In this document: piece by piece, positions 62,222 to 64,000 of the stretch | Position numbering within the stretch: position 1 is the first letter of the stretch | How the letters are laid out: each line of letters begins with the position of its first letter | DNA from: Catajapyx aquilonaris | Taxonomy: Eukaryota | Reading direction: 5' to 3' | Assembly (NCBI GenBank): GCA_000934665.2 | Contig: KZ538220.1 | Span: 1-64,000, forward strand | DNA length: 64,000 nt | The notes under the pieces: generated by a model | Told to the model about the DNA's origin: nothing | What the model saw: the letters and a program-made list of their open reading frames with translations, nothing else | Databases searched by the model: none | Translations under genes and position numbers: made by a program

Positions 62222-63916
62222 ATGGATGTGACTCCGGAGGTGGAGGATGGCCCGGCTAATGAGCTGGGTTTGAGGGCTCTCAGGGAGCATTTTGGACAGG
62301 TACGTGACACTGTGCTCGTGGCAAACCATTAAGGTGGTGATAACAGTGAGACAATGGAACCAACTATTAAGTGTAATAATTACTACACTGTACTCCCTAT
62401 TATCCAGGTGCGGATTATCCGTGCATTGCCAAAAAAAAATGTTCCAAATATAAGTCCAAAGGAATGTCAGTATGTCTCGCTAACAGAGGAGTTTTTCTGC
62501 GAGACAAATTATTAATAATCTGTAGTAAATGTTATTATTGCGATAACACCTTAAATATCTCAAGCAGCATACACTCTGTACCAGCTCAGCTGGTACAGAG
62601 TGTATGCTGCTTGAGATATTTCCAGCTCTGTACAGTATGTACCTCTGAATAGCTCATTTTTATGGTGTCCACTGTCCAGGACCATTTTTTTATTACCCGT
62701 GCTTTACCGATGCATTAATGGCATGGATAATCAAGAGTACAATGTAATTACTAATTACGGCTACTACCAGCTACACTAAACCATGTGAAAATTAGCTCCA
62801 GCCTCCCTCTAGTACTATACTGGTGATGCTGACACATTTGTTGTTGCAGAGATTGGACAAGAATGAGGAGGATACAGCGCACTGGAATAAGCTTCAAGAG
62901 GAGTATGTCTCACTGGGGGAACGACTGAAGACGCTGCCGGATGAAGTGAGCTATGACATAATGGTGCCCATTGGGTCCAAGGCATTCATGCCGGGACAGA
63001 TGGTTCACACTAATGAGATCCTGGTTTTGCTCGGGGACAACTGGCTGGTTGAGAGGTCAGCAAAGCAAGCAGGAGAGATTTGTCAGCGGAGGATTGAATG
63101 TCGGTTGTGAATTGTTGCAACTGGTGGTTCAAGGATTGACACAAAGCTTGTTTTTTTGTATCAGATTGTGATCAGCATCTGAAGAAACTGGCTGATGAGA
63201 AGTCGATGATTGAGTCGTGGTTGGAGCAGACAGAGAGGGTTCGTGAAGAGGTGACATCAGAGGGTGACATTGTCGAGATACGTGAAGAATACGATGAGGA
63301 ACAGGAGGAAATTTGGAAAGGTACTTTTCCCACCTTGAATAGTGCTTTACAGGGGAAGGCGTGGTGGCCGAGATGGTAACGTCTCGGCTTGCTGAGCGGA
63401 AGGCCCCGGGTTCGATCCCCGCCCGGGATTTTCCTTCCGCCTGCGTCAGTGGGTCTCTGCCCGTGCCTAAGAAGGCGTCTTGGCAACCTAGCCTTCTGGG
63501 GGACTGCACATGACCCATTTCCGACATTGCACTTGCACCTGTGTCCCCTCCCCAAAAAATCCCTATCCTTACCTCATGTCCGTTCATCCTTGCACCGGAG
63601 TTAGAAGAAAAAATCAGAAAATTGAAGAAAAAATGGTGGTATTCCACCCCCCTATAAGGGCCTATGACCATATCACGGGGTAATGTTAAAAAAAGAAAAA
63701 AAAAGGAATAGTGCTTTACAACTACTAAATAACCCCATCTTTCTTTGAATAAACAGAGCAACATGCGCAAAGAGTGAAGGAGTACAGAAGAAAGCTGGCA
63801 GAAGAAAGGAATGCAGAGGACCAAAAGAGTGGCCTGAAGATCAAAACATTCGATGAGCTTCTGGAACGAGTTAACCACCTGGAAATGGTGGAGGAAATGG
63901 AGGATGAACTAGCATG
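62222..63916 (+). CDS. URI1: Unconventional prefoldin RPB5 interactor (5' part, continues beyond the window)
   Basis: Exons 62222-62299, 62850-63099, 63165-63320 and 63757-63916 are in consistent phase. Motifs LKTLPDEVSYDIMVPIGSKAFMPGQMVHTNEILVLLGDNW, SAKQA, DIVEIREE and DELLERVNHLE. Confidence 0.93.
62386..62744. mobile_element. pogo-type MITE with TA target in URI1 intron 1
   Basis: TA|CACTGTACTCCCTATTATCCA ... TGGATAATCAAGAGTACAATG|TA. A similar terminus (ATAATCGAGAGTACAGTGTA) occurs at about 35574-35593. Confidence 0.7.
63352..63705 (+). mobile_element. Full-length tRNA-derived SINE with A-rich tail and perfect 15-bp TSD
   Basis: A box TGGCCGAGATGG, B box GGTTCGATCC, A-rich tail. TSD GAATAGTGCTTTACA at 63337-63351 and 63706-63720. 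Confidence 0.92.
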
Positions 63917-64000
63917 GTGAGCCAGTATTTTTGGTGTGTAACTATTTGCAGCAGGAATACAACACATATGGGAATGTAAAGCTACTTATCACATATGCTG

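Noticed and set aside
61534..62310. 258-aa minus-strand ORF
   Set aside because: GC-rich promoter/UTR region with homopolymer-encoded tracts and no homology.
63358..63430. tRNA-like sequence
   Set aside because: No proper acceptor or anticodon stems. It is the head of a TSD-flanked SINE, as at 37899 and 26090.
1..64000. CRISPR arrays, prokaryotic operons, U12-type introns
   Set aside because: The sequence is clearly eukaryotic, there is no repeat-spacer array, and all introns I resolved are ordinary GT-AG without the GTATCCTT donor.

Overview
Eukaryotic (animal, most likely arthropod) genomic DNA with small GT-AG introns. Six protein genes can be spliced by hand: CSPP1-like (+, 15769-24861), SF3B3 (-, 27881-38429, 14 coding exons, 1217 aa), a steroid 5-alpha-reductase-like gene (-), PIGT (+), a GPI-anchored CD109/insect-TEP-type thioester protein (-, 45161-57657) and the 5' part of URI1 (+, from 62222). 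Two systems are not visible in the ORF track. (1) The TEP gene has a cassette of five mutually exclusive bait-region exons, all of length 3n+1, plus candidate intronic RNA pairings. (2) SF3B3 hosts seven intronic box C/D snoRNAs: a SNORD96-like, two SNORD104/snR58-like, a triplicated family aimed at an LSU rRNA site I do not recognise as a known methylation, and one further orphan. The first 7 kb is a dense pile of non-autonomous transposons: a mariner relic, a self-nested AATT-target element, tandem Helitrons and several MITEs. tRNA-derived SINEs and further MITEs sit in introns. About 7-15.4 kb has no recognisable coding content. All calls are by eye, and reference rRNA and protein sequences were recalled from memory rather than searched.
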